From Microcoleaceae cyanobacterium (GTDB taxonomy: Bacteria; Cyanobacteriota; Cyanobacteriia; Cyanobacteriales; Microcoleaceae), in assembly GCA_051652765.1 (NCBI GenBank), contig JBOFUV010000085.1:1-23252 (forward strand): 23,252 bases of DNA, written 5' to 3'. Shown here one piece after another: positions 1-9,411 of this stretch (its first letter is position 1; every line of letters begins with the position of its first letter). The translations under genes and the position numbers were made by a program. The notes below the pieces were generated by a model. It ran no database searches and had not been told where the DNA came from. It saw only the letters and a list, made by a program, of their open reading frames with translations.

Positions 1-801
1 CTGGGGAGGTTGAGATCGCTTTTGGGGCTTTGTCAGCTTGAGCAAGACTCTACCCGGTTGACCCCCTCGAACCCGATCCCCTGACAACACGGCCTGTTGT
101 CCAACCCAGAAATCGACCACTGCTAATTTGGCAATTTTGACCGCATATCGAGGATTCACCTGAATGGCTTTGAGAGCGGTGTCTGCAATGGCGGAAAACC
201 CGGTCAGGTTTAGCATCGTGCCCAAGGTTCCTAAAACTTCCACCTGACTTTTGAGTTCGGTGATGAAGTTGGCAGGCCGAGGAGTACGATATATCAGACT
301 CTCCAACCGTCGCAACCCGCTGGGCACTTCTTCCTGGAAGAGAAACAGAGTCATGTCAGTCTGCATGGGAACTTCCGGCAGCTCTGCGGCCTCTTCCAGG
401 GGACGACCAATTTTAGTCTCCATCTGGCTGAAAATCGGCTTGGCTTGAACCAAGGCTGCAGCTTCGTTGCACTGCCCTGTTTCAATTTGTTCAATTAGGG
501 GGGAACGCAAACAGTCAAACCCTTTCAGCAGAAGCTCTTCTAGTTCTAGGTCAACAGTCGTGCCCCCTGGGTATAAGGCACGAATCCCGTTCTCTAGCTC
601 ATGGGCAATCTGCTGAATTCCGTCTAATCCAACACAGGCTGCACCCCCCTTGATCGAATGGGCCGCCCGCATCAGATTGTGTAACTTGGGTAAGCTATGG
701 TCTTGACTCAAGGTCATCAAACCCTGTTCTAGAACTTGCAATAGCTCTAAGGATTCCTGAACAAAAAATACGTAGGCTTGATCAGTGGTATCGGGGGTCA
801 T
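1..801 (-). CDS. cheA: CheA-like chemotaxis/phototaxis histidine kinase (PixL-like), N-terminal Hpt part; gene runs off the left edge
   Basis: Not in the ORF track because it has no stop inside the window. Manual translation from the ATG at 801 gives MTPDTTDQAYVFFVQESLELLQVLEQGLMTLSQDHSLPKLHNLMRAAHSIKGGAACVGLDGIQQIAHELENG, a typical Hpt motif (RAAHSIKG...AHELE). It starts 21 bp after the MCP stop. Confidence 0.9.
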   Translation of the reverse strand, partial: MTPDTTDQAYVFFVQESLELLQVLEQGLMTLSQDHSLPKLHNLMRAAHSIKGGAACVGLDGIQQIAHELENGIRALYPGGTTVDLELEELLLKGFDCLRSPLIEQIETGQCNEAAALVQAKPIFSQMETKIGRPLEEAAELPEVPMQTDMTLFLFQEEVPSGLRRLESLIYRTPRPANFITELKSQVEVLGTLGTMLNLTGFSAIADTALKAIQVNPRYAVKIAKLAVVDFWVGQQAVLSGDRVRGGQPGRVLLKLTKPQKRSQPPQ

Positions 802-822
802 AGTTGGGATGGGGGAGATGTT

Positions 823-3800
823 TTAGGCTTTAAACTGGGAAACTCCGGTTTGCAAGTCTCCCGCAACATCCAGGAGTTGATTGAAGGAGTCGGCAACTTT
901 GAGCGATCGCTCAGAAGTTGTATTGGCAATAGTGGCTACTTCCTGCATAGTCGTGGACAATTCCCCAGAGGTTTTGGCCTGAACTGTTGCAGATCCGGCA
1001 ATTTGGTTGACCAACTCCTGAACTTGTTGGCTGGCAGTCACCAAATTAGTTAGGGTTTGGCGGGAACCTTTGACGAGTTTGGTGCCAACAACGACCTGCT
1101 TCAGACCCACTCGCATCGCCTGAACCAGTTCCTGGGTCTCACTCTGAATTTCTTCCACAATTTGCTCAATTTCTTGGGTGGCTGTAGCAGACTGCTCTGC
1201 CAAGGTACGCACCTCACTAGCAACTGTGGCAAAGCCTTGGTCATCCTGGGAAGCACGGGTAGCTTCTACAGAGGCGTTCAATGCTAAAACATTAGTCTGG
1301 TTGGCAAAGTCGCTGATTAAGCTAACGACACGGGAAATTTTCTTCGAGGCTTCTCCCAGGTTCTTCACCTTTAGGGCGGTGGCATGAACAGTGCGATAGA
1401 TGCCAACGATACCATCCACAGTCCGGTTCATGGCAATATCACTCTTCTGTAGAAGTTGGCCTGCCTGTTTGGTTTTGACCGCGGCAGACTGGGCGTTTTC
1501 AGCCACAATCTGAATCGACTGAGCCATCATTTGAATTTGGCTGAGGGCGTTGGCGATCGCCTCGGATTGCCGGAGGGCTTCACTCGAAAGCTGTTTGACA
1601 TCCTGTTCACTCCCTTGGGCAGTTCCACTCACCGTCATTGAGGCAGATTGTACCTGTCGGACTAACAGTTGGAGGTTTTCAATCGTGGCATTAAAAAAGT
1701 CTGCCACAGTCCCAATCACCCCTTCAGTAACCTTGGCTCGTACCGTGAGGTTGCCGCTGAAGGAGTCTTCAATGTCTCCCAGGAACGCTTCGATTTGTTG
1801 CTGCAAGAGTTCGTTCTGTCGCCGTTGGTCTTGAGAAGTTGCTTCAGCCAACTGTCGCGCCTGTTGTACCTGTTGCAGCAACTGGGCTTGTTCGAGGGCA
1901 TAACCTACTTGCAGGGCTACCTGTTTGAACACTTCGACTTCGGATTCTTGCCAGTTCCGGGTGTTAGTACACTGATGTACGCCGAGTAACCCAAACAAGG
2001 TTTGACTGATCAAGATCGGCACAACAACATTGGCCTTCACTTGCCATTTGTTCAGTTGTTCCCGATGACACGCTGTTAATTCTGCGGCGCTCACATCAGG
2101 AGTTACCTGTACCCGCCCTTGACGATAGGGTTCCACATATTCAACGGGGAAGCAGGTGACTTCGGATTCCATGTCAGCAATTTTGGCCCAACCGGGACGG
2201 ACGGCTTCTGAAATGATTTCCCCGGCCCAATCCTGGTCAAATCGGTAGACCACAACCCGATCCGCCCGCATCAAAGTAAGAGATTCTTCAACGGCGGTGC
2301 GGAAAATTCGGTCTACATCCAGGGATTCCCGAATCCGGGAACCGATTTCACTCAACAATCGGGCTTGTTGGGTGGCCAACCGTTGCTGCTCTAGCAGGAA
2401 TGCCTGCTCTAGGGCATATCCTACCTGAATTGCAACCTGGCGCATCAGTTCAATTTCATACTCTTTCCACTTGCGGGGCTGAGAACATTGGTGAGCGATC
2501 AGTAACCCGTGCAGGGTTTGATTAGCAATAATCGGAGCCACCAAATTAGCTTTCACCTGATACGGCGCTAACTGTTTCAGATAACATTCTGTTAATCCAG
2601 CGTTGTGAATGTCATCCAAGGCTTGTACTCGGCCCTTAAGATAGGGTTTGATGTAGTCTCGAGCAAAACAGGGGTCATCAATCTGAGCCCCTAACGCTTC
2701 TGGAAAACCGACTTCAACGGATTCAGCAATCACGGTTCCGCCCCAATCCGGGTCAAACTTGTAGACCACAACTCGATCTGCTTGCAAAGCGGCTTGAGTA
2801 TCTTCTACGGCGGTGTTGAGAATGTCCTTAGCATTGAGAGATTGACGAATATGGGAACTAATCTGGTTCAACGTTCGGGCTTCCTCGGCGGCCCGTTGCT
2901 GTTGCTGTAGGAGTAAAACCTGATCAAGGGATAAACTCACTTGGGTCGAGAGTTGTTTGACAAAATTCACCTCCGATTCCTGCCACTGCCGGGGAGATGA
3001 GCATTGGTGCACAATCAGCAATCCATGGAGACGGGTCTCGGCAATCAGAGGCGCAACAATATTGGCCTGAACTTTGAAGGGTTCTAGCAATTTTTTATGG
3101 CAGTCCGTCAACCCGGATTCAGCCAGGTTTTCCATGATGCTGACTCGACCTCGGAAGTAAGGCTTTACCCAGTGTTCAGCAAAACAAGGATCGGCAATTT
3201 TCTTGCCCAACGCATTGGGCCAACCTGGGCCAACAGATTCGGCCACAACGGTACCAATCCAATTTTCATCAAACTGATAGATGATCACGCGATCGCACTT
3301 CAAGGCATCCCGGGCCTCGGTGACAATGGTTTCAAACACTTCTTCCGCCGTGCGAGAATCCCGCAGTTTGGTTGAAACTTCGTTGAGGAACCGGGCTTTG
3401 CGGGTGGCCAATTCCTGGGACTCCAGCAGGTACGCCTGATCCAGAGCATATCCCATCTGAATAGCGACATTGCGAACCAAGTCAATTTCCAAGCCTGTCC
3501 ATTGCCTTGGCCCAGAACATTGGTGGGAAATCAGGAGGCCCGTCAGTTGTTTCTTCACCACAATTGGCGCAACCAAGTTGGCTTTCACACCGAAAGGTTC
3601 CAACTGTTTCAGGTGACATTCCGTCAGTCCCGCATTGTGAATGTCTGAAGTGGCCTTTACCCGGCCCCGCAGATAGGGCTGAACGTAGCGATCGGCAAAA
3701 CAAGGATCAGTAATTTGGGCTCCCATGGCGATGGGCCAAGGACTGACAACGGATTCCGCAATCACCGTTCCTTTCCAATCCGGATCAAAGGTATAAACCA

Positions 3801-4806
3801 CAACGCGATCGCAGTTCAATGCCTGACGGGTTTCTTCAACGGTGGTCGTCAGGATATCGTCAATGTTGAGAGACTTACGGATTTGAGCATTGATGTGGTT
3901 AATTTGCTGAGCCTGTTGAGTAACAGCCCGCTGTTGTTGCAGGAGTAGTGCTTGGTCAACGGCATAGCCTAACTGAATGGCTAACTGGCGGAAAAATTCG
4001 ACTTCAGGCTCTAGCCACTCCCTCGGCTCAGTGCAATGGTGAGCGATCAACAGCCCAATCAAATCTGTAGAATCATCTGGGGTGACGGTAGCCTCTGTTT
4101 GACCCAGAACTTGGCTGAAGCGCCGTTTACTCGCTAGAATCGGAGCGACCAGATTGGCCTGAACCTCAAAGGGTTCCAATTGATTGAGATGGCAGTCGGT
4201 CAGTCCGGCGTTGTAAATATTGGCCGTTGCCTTGACCCGACCCTTTTGGTAAAACTCCACGTAGCGATCGGCAAAACAAGGGTCGGCAATTTCCGCCCCT
4301 AAAGCTGAGGGCCACTGAGGGTCAACGGATTCATAGACTACCGTCCCTTTCCAATTGGCATCGAATAAGTACACAACCACCCGATCCGTTTGTAGGGCTG
4401 CCCGACTATCTTCGACCACGGTTCTGTAGATTCCTTCTGGGCTGATAGATTCGCGCATGTGGGAGGTGATTTCGTTCACCAGTTCAGCCCGTTCTGCCGC
4501 TGCTCCCTCTTTTTCAATCAGGGTTTGAAGTTGATTGACCCGGGCATCAATACTAGACCGGAGAACGGACAACTCCCTCGCCAAGGTGACGGTTTTTGCC
4601 TTCAGACCTGACCGTTGTTGCTGTACTAATCGGGTTGTGGGCTGCACCTCCACTTCGACAGGAACCGCTTCCTCGCTGGACACCAAGGCGGAACCGGAAG
4701 CAGGCGCTTTTTGAGATCCTGTGGCTTGGGCACGAGCCCGTTGGTAACGATTAGAAGAATTTGGATTCTCAGGTCTGTTAGAGGATGAGTAAGGAGTTTT
4801 AGTCAT
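823..4806 (-). CDS. Methyl-accepting phototaxis receptor (PixJ-like) with five tandem cyanobacteriochrome GAF domains; no transmembrane helix
   Basis: 1327 aa ORF. Five GAF repeats (DRVVVY.FD..W.G...AES...DPCF...G....CH...ANLVAPI...[11 protein letters not shown]) are followed by a HAMP-like segment ([22 protein letters not shown]) and an MCP signalling domain ([16 protein letters not shown]...[16 protein letters not shown]). Confidence 0.93.
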   Translation of the reverse strand: MTKTPYSSSNRPENPNSSNRYQRARAQATGSQKAPASGSALVSSEEAVPVEVEVQPTTRLVQQQRSGLKAKTVTLARELSVLRSSIDARVNQLQTLIEKEGAAAERAELVNEITSHMRESISPEGIYRTVVEDSRAALQTDRVVVYLFDANWKGTVVYESVDPQWPSALGAEIADPCFADRYVEFYQKGRVKATANIYNAGLTDCHLNQLEPFEVQANLVAPILASKRRFSQVLGQTEATVTPDDSTDLIGLLIAHHCTEPREWLEPEVEFFRQLAIQLGYAVDQALLLQQQRAVTQQAQQINHINAQIRKSLNIDDILTTTVEETRQALNCDRVVVYTFDPDWKGTVIAESVVSPWPIAMGAQITDPCFADRYVQPYLRGRVKATSDIHNAGLTECHLKQLEPFGVKANLVAPIVVKKQLTGLLISHQCSGPRQWTGLEIDLVRNVAIQMGYALDQAYLLESQELATRKARFLNEVSTKLRDSRTAEEVFETIVTEARDALKCDRVIIYQFDENWIGTVVAESVGPGWPNALGKKIADPCFAEHWVKPYFRGRVSIMENLAESGLTDCHKKLLEPFKVQANIVAPLIAETRLHGLLIVHQCSSPRQWQESEVNFVKQLSTQVSLSLDQVLLLQQQQRAAEEARTLNQISSHIRQSLNAKDILNTAVEDTQAALQADRVVVYKFDPDWGGTVIAESVEVGFPEALGAQIDDPCFARDYIKPYLKGRVQALDDIHNAGLTECYLKQLAPYQVKANLVAPIIANQTLHGLLIAHQCSQPRKWKEYEIELMRQVAIQVGYALEQAFLLEQQRLATQQARLLSEIGSRIRESLDVDRIFRTAVEESLTLMRADRVVVYRFDQDWAGEIISEAVRPGWAKIADMESEVTCFPVEYVEPYRQGRVQVTPDVSAAELTACHREQLNKWQVKANVVVPILISQTLFGLLGVHQCTNTRNWQESEVEVFKQVALQVGYALEQAQLLQQVQQARQLAEATSQDQRRQNELLQQQIEAFLGDIEDSFSGNLTVRAKVTEGVIGTVADFFNATIENLQLLVRQVQSASMTVSGTAQGSEQDVKQLSSEALRQSEAIANALSQIQMMAQSIQIVAENAQSAAVKTKQAGQLLQKSDIAMNRTVDGIVGIYRTVHATALKVKNLGEASKKISRVVSLISDFANQTNVLALNASVEATRASQDDQGFATVASEVRTLAEQSATATQEIEQIVEEIQSETQELVQAMRVGLKQVVVGTKLVKGSRQTLTNLVTASQQVQELVNQIAGSATVQAKTSGELSTTMQEVATIANTTSERSLKVADSFNQLLDVAGDLQTGVSQFKA

Positions 4807-4901
4807 GATTAGTGTTCAGTTAACAATAAATAAAATACGAAACCGATGAAAGTTTAACTTAGGGATAAAACCCAGTTAATGATAAGACTCAGCTCGAGTT
4901 T

Positions 4902-5480
4902 TTAGCTGATTTTCTTAATTCCTTGAGCTGCACGCCTATTCAGATACTGAACCATCGCGTCTACCTCTAAAACCGGTAGGGCTTTTCCTTCAGGATTGAT
5001 CCAGAGCTCCTTGACAAGATATTCAAGTCGCTTGACTCGCTTTGGATTGATTCCTCCTGCTTGTGTGATCTTGGCAATCCATTCTGTCTGGTCGGCCTGG
5101 AATTGCAACTGATCCGAATCAGATGACAGAATCCGACCCACTTGCCGCACCAGAATTCCAAGGTTTCCTTGCTGAGTTTTTACCCTCAGCAGATTGCAGT
5201 CCGTAGTTAGATTCGGTTTCAAGCTAACTCCTAACCCAAGGAGATAAGGTAAATCCACCAGCCAAACCACCTCATCTTGTAATGAACAAACCCCAACCAC
5301 AGCGGCGGGCATTCCAGAAATTGCAGCAATGACATCTGTTTTGAGCTTAATCACCTCACTCAACTTGTGGGTTGGTAAAACCATCTGAAAATCTAACGAG
5401 AGGAAAAAACTCAGCAGGGTTTCCTGATGAGTCTGATTGGTTTGACCAGCGAACAGAGGATCAGCTTGAATCGTTGACAT
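4902..5480 (-). CDS. cheW: CheW-like coupling protein (PixI-like)
   Basis: 192 aa with a CheW-like pattern (IAAISGMPAAVVGVCSLQDEVVWLVDLPYLLG; LGILVRQV). Lies between cheY and the MCP. Confidence 0.85.
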   Translation of the reverse strand: MSTIQADPLFAGQTNQTHQETLLSFFLSLDFQMVLPTHKLSEVIKLKTDVIAAISGMPAAVVGVCSLQDEVVWLVDLPYLLGLGVSLKPNLTTDCNLLRVKTQQGNLGILVRQVGRILSSDSDQLQFQADQTEWIAKITQAGGINPKRVKRLEYLVKELWINPEGKALPVLEVDAMVQYLNRRAAQGIKKIS

Positions 5481-5557
5481 GATTTCGATGGCAAGATGAC
5501 TTGAAGGATAGGAATCTCAGGCAGTTAACTAGAGGAAAATGAATGCTCCAAAGTCCC

Positions 5558-5605
5558 CAGAAGAACGTTCAGAAGAATTATCAGAACAATTATCAGAACA
5601 ATTAC
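5558..5605. repeat. 12-bp tandem repeat x4 overlapping the cheY stop codon
   Basis: cagaagaacgtt cagaagaattat cagaacaattat cagaacaattac. Confidence 0.8.
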
Positions 5606-5964
5606 TGGATAAACTGTTTAATGGTTTGGATTAATTCTTCTGGGTTGACAGGCTTGGTCACGTAGGCTGACGCACCCTGCTTCATCCCCCAATTCTTATC
5701 GATTCTTGAGGACTTGCTAGAACAGATAATAATCGGCACATTAGCCGTCTTGTCGTAGTTTCTGAGTTCCCGGCAGAAGCCAAAGCCACTTTGCCCCGGC
5801 AAGACCACATCGGTAAGAATTACATCGAAGGTTTTTTGTTCTAGGATTGCTTTGGCCGCTTCTGCCGTAGTCACATTCAGAGCATCAAAACCAGATTGTT
5901 GCAAGTATTTCATAATCTGATCTGCTTCAGTAACACTATCCTCAATCACCAAAACACTAGCCAT
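5602..5964 (-). CDS. cheY: Single-domain CheY-like response regulator (PixH/PilH-like)
   Basis: 120 aa REC domain: VIEDS, phospho-Asp in ILTDVVLP, IIICSSK, YVTKP. WGMKQGA is typical of cyanobacterial taxis CheYs. Confidence 0.92.
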   Translation of the reverse strand: MASVLVIEDSVTEADQIMKYLQQSGFDALNVTTAEAAKAILEQKTFDVILTDVVLPGQSGFGFCRELRNYDKTANVPIIICSSKSSRIDKNWGMKQGASAYVTKPVNPEELIQTIKQFIQ

Positions 5965-6082
5965 TGATTTGCCTCTAAAGTTTGCTAATTAAAGCCTAGA
6001 AACTAATGTTCTAGGGAGAGTTTAGAAAAACTCGGACTTGTCTACTGAGACAATAGCCTACCTTGAGGTAGAAAAATTGGTC

Positions 6083-7291
6083 TCAGGAGTCATTCGATCC
6101 AAGATGCTTAGTGATAACTTCTAAAGTTTCTTCTAGCTTGGGCGGTTTGGCTAGAAAATCAGAAGCCCCTACCATTTTCGCGCGACTTCGATCCAAAACG
6201 TTGTCGCGACTGGTTAAGATCACAATCGGAGTTCGCTGAAAGGCTGAGGCATTGCGAAGGAACTGACAGACGGTGTAGCCATTCGCGTTGGGCATCATCA
6301 AGTCCAGAAAAATCAGGTCAGGCTTATGCTCTGCAATTTCTGCCAGTCCTTTAATTGGATCAAGCACACTCATGATGCGATAGCCTGCGGGTTCTAGAAT
6401 TTGCCTCAAGGTTTGGGCAATCACTGGACTATCATCAATACAGGCGATCAACTTTCCTTTGGGATTAATCTTTCCTGAACCTGCCGTCGGGTTTGTTTTA
6501 GATCGGGCCGGAGCAGTTTTTTTGGCGCTCGCTGCGCTGACCGCAGGCTGAACAAATGAATTCGGCAAGTCACGGATCTGTCGCAGTTGGATGATGCCCT
6601 GCTTGATTAGAGGAACGAGACTTCGGGTCACTGCTAGGGGTTGCTTCTCTAGCTGTTGAGCCATGTCCCAAATCGTAAACTTACCATTGAGGTATTTGCT
6701 CATGCCGCTGAGTGCCTCAGGCTCAACTTGTTTTTTGAGCACTGGAGAAAAATTGGGGTTAATTTTTCCTAGACCGGCACCCTGCCACTGCTGACTCATC
6801 TCAGACGCTTTGACAAATACCGGCTCAATTTCTCGGGAGGATAATCCCAAGCCAGAAAAAATTCCTGAAGATGAGGAACCAGTAGACTCCCATTGATAAG
6901 TTAACTGAGTCAAGCCATCCAAGAAGAATGAAACTTCCAATAGAACTTGCCGAATGATTTTTTTGCCTTGGGCCAAATCGATTTGCTTTTCATTCAATCC
7001 CTGGCACAGCAATTGATATTCCCAAGGCTGTTCCTGAAGCACTGAAGGTAAAGTTTGAACTTGCCAGCTAGGACAATATTTCTGGATGGCTCTTCGCAAA
7101 CGTCGGACTTGGTGAAAGTCTTCCACCATTGCGTATACAAAGCGACCATAAAGTAGAGACAGTTTCACTGTTCCGGCGTTTGCCGTCAAATCTGTCTTGA
7201 GAATCAGATCCCCGCTAGCCTGCTGTTGGCAACGTTTAGCTAATTCCTGGCTGAATTGCTGGAGTGTAGTAGATACATAGTCAGTTGCCAT
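6083..7291 (-). CDS. PatA-family response regulator (PATAN domain plus C-terminal REC; PixG-like)
   Basis: N-terminal PATAN-like region (WEYQLLCQ...IDLAQGKKII) and C-terminal REC (IACIDDSP, LIFLDLMMP, ILTSRD, FLAKP). First gene of the canonical patA-cheY-cheW-mcp-cheA order. The ATG at 7291 is preferred over the upstream TTG at 7312. Confidence 0.88.
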   Translation of the reverse strand: MATDYVSTTLQQFSQELAKRCQQQASGDLILKTDLTANAGTVKLSLLYGRFVYAMVEDFHQVRRLRRAIQKYCPSWQVQTLPSVLQEQPWEYQLLCQGLNEKQIDLAQGKKIIRQVLLEVSFFLDGLTQLTYQWESTGSSSSGIFSGLGLSSREIEPVFVKASEMSQQWQGAGLGKINPNFSPVLKKQVEPEALSGMSKYLNGKFTIWDMAQQLEKQPLAVTRSLVPLIKQGIIQLRQIRDLPNSFVQPAVSAASAKKTAPARSKTNPTAGSGKINPKGKLIACIDDSPVIAQTLRQILEPAGYRIMSVLDPIKGLAEIAEHKPDLIFLDLMMPNANGYTVCQFLRNASAFQRTPIVILTSRDNVLDRSRAKMVGASDFLAKPPKLEETLEVITKHLGSNDS

Positions 7292-8053
7292 CTTAACTTG
7301 CCCTCTGGTCAAGGAGTCATCAAACCAAAAAAACGATCAGTCTACTAAAACTAAAGGCTCAATGATATAACATCGTAGATAGGTTAAAGATCACCTAAAT
7401 ATATACTTTAGTGAGGCAATCTCAAGTTTATTCGTTCAAGTATTAGGATAACACTAATTTTTTTAACTTGGAAACCGCTGCTCTTCATTATTTTTTTGCA
7501 ACTTTAAGAGAATCTACTGGCTAGTCTAACTTGAATTATTACTGATGCATGAAAAATCAGGGGAAAATTCAGTCAGGCCACGCAACGTGGGGAGAGGTTT
7601 TGCTCTCTAGCTCTTCTGCGCGCTGATCTATCTCAACTATCACTATCCCTCTAGCTTCCAAGGAATTGCCTTAATCAGAATTGTTGTGCATTCTAGTCCC
7701 TGTAACATCCTGTTGTCTCATTGTTAGATGATCAGACTTCGGGTAAGACTAGTTTGGGTTTGACTTCACTTCAATATTATAGGAATTTTCTTCGAGACAG
7801 TCACTGTAACGATTGTTATAGAAACAGTTATTGTAAGAGAGGTGACTGTAGCGGATTAATTAAGATATGACCTCGGTTTAGTTCATAAACTAGTTGATAA
7901 TTTGGCCAATAAAAGTTTGGAGTCATCAAGAATTGATAACAGGAAACATTGTGAAATTATGTTTCTTCTAAACATTAGGGTATTGAATTTTCCAGGATAA
8001 CTGTCCGGTAGTCTGAGTCAGGAAAGATGTCTGACACCCAATATTTCAGGTGA

Positions 8054-9370
8054 TTATTCAATTTTAACTCGGACATTTTCAAGGGGCAATGTGACGACAA
8101 ACTCAGTGCCGTATCCTGGTGTTGAATTGCAGGTTAGAACACCTTTATGTTTCTCAACAACAATCTGATAGCTAATCGATAAACCAAGTCCAGTCCCTTT
8201 GCCAATTGGCTTTGTTGTGAATAGGGGTTCAAAAATTTTCTCCACCAATTCTAGAGGAACACCTTTACCATTGTCCTGAATCCAAATCGCAACTTCATTT
8301 TGAATTTCACTCACTTCAGTACAAATCATAATCTGATATAAACAGTCTTGACGAGTTCCAGAGTTGTTCTCCTCACTCACTTCATCAATCGCATCAATGG
8401 CATTGGCTAAAAGATTCATAAAAACCTGATTAATGAGTCCTGGAAAACAGGGAACTAGGGGAAGGTTACCATAATGCTTAATTACTTCAATTTGTGAACG
8501 AATTTCATTGGCTTTTAAGCGATGCCCTAAAATCAACAAGGTGCTTTCAATACTTTCATGCAGGTCAATTGGAACTTTCTCTGAGCTATCAAGGCGAGAA
8601 AAGACCCTGAGAGAAGTACTGATTTCATTCATTCGTTTCGTTCCTTCCCGCATTGACTGAATCGTTTTCGGTAAGTCTTGGACTAGATAGTCTAAATCAA
8701 TTTCCTCTAGCTCTTCTTCAATAGTTTCCCCTGGATAGGGAAAGGCGTTATGATAAAGCTGCACAATTCTCAGTAATGCTTCTACTTGGGTTGAAACGTA
8801 ATGTAGATTGCCTGAAATAAAATTTAAAGGGTTATTAATCTCATGACCAATCCCTGCAACCAATTGACCTAAAGCCGACATCTTCTCACTTTGAATTAAC
8901 TGAAGTTGAGATATTTTTAGCTCGTTTAATGCTTGGGTTAGCTTGGTAGTTCGTTCTCTAACCTGTTGCTCTAAGTTTCTGGTTAAGCTCCGCAACTGGA
9001 GATGGATATTGACGCGGGCTAGAATTTCCTCGGGTTGAAAGGGTTTTGTGATGTAGTCCACTGCGCCAATTGTTAATCCTTTAATTCGCTCCTCTGGCTC
9101 GGTCAGAGAGGTCATAAAAATAACCGGGATGTCTTGGGTGCCTTCTGCCGCCTTCAACCGACGACAGGTTTCAAATCCGTCTATTTTTGGCATCACAATA
9201 TCCATCAGAATCAAATCGGGGCTTAGATTTTGAAGTCTTTGGATAGCATCCTCACCGTCCTCTGCGACGGTGACAACAAATCCCTGACTTTCCAAAACTT
9301 CAGAGAGGATTTTGCTGTTGGTTGAGGAGTCCTCCACAACTAGGATTGATCGTTTAGAAAAGGTTTCCAT
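8054..9370 (-). CDS. Hybrid sensor histidine kinase (N-terminal REC plus HisKA plus HATPase)
   Basis: REC (VVEDS, ILMDIVMP, DYITKP), H-box (LGQLVAGIGHEINNPL), N-box (NQVFMNLLANAIDA), G1 (DNGKG), F-box (IFEPLFTTK) and G2 (GTGLGL). Confidence 0.93.
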   Translation of the reverse strand: METFSKRSILVVEDSSTNSKILSEVLESQGFVVTVAEDGEDAIQRLQNLSPDLILMDIVMPKIDGFETCRRLKAAEGTQDIPVIFMTSLTEPEERIKGLTIGAVDYITKPFQPEEILARVNIHLQLRSLTRNLEQQVRERTTKLTQALNELKISQLQLIQSEKMSALGQLVAGIGHEINNPLNFISGNLHYVSTQVEALLRIVQLYHNAFPYPGETIEEELEEIDLDYLVQDLPKTIQSMREGTKRMNEISTSLRVFSRLDSSEKVPIDLHESIESTLLILGHRLKANEIRSQIEVIKHYGNLPLVPCFPGLINQVFMNLLANAIDAIDEVSEENNSGTRQDCLYQIMICTEVSEIQNEVAIWIQDNGKGVPLELVEKIFEPLFTTKPIGKGTGLGLSISYQIVVEKHKGVLTCNSTPGYGTEFVVTLPLENVRVKIE

Positions 9371-9411
9371 GTTTACAAGTTAAGAATCAACCCCAGACTC
9401 CCCTCTCTCCC

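Noticed and set aside
251..3948. Many short ORFs (60-106 aa) overlapping cheA and the MCP
   Set aside because: They are antisense or out-of-frame shadows of long, motif-rich genes and show no recognisable domains.
7575..7612. Possible riboswitch upstream of the patA-like gene
   Set aside because: Only two tiny hairpins, with no match to a riboswitch consensus that I can recognise.
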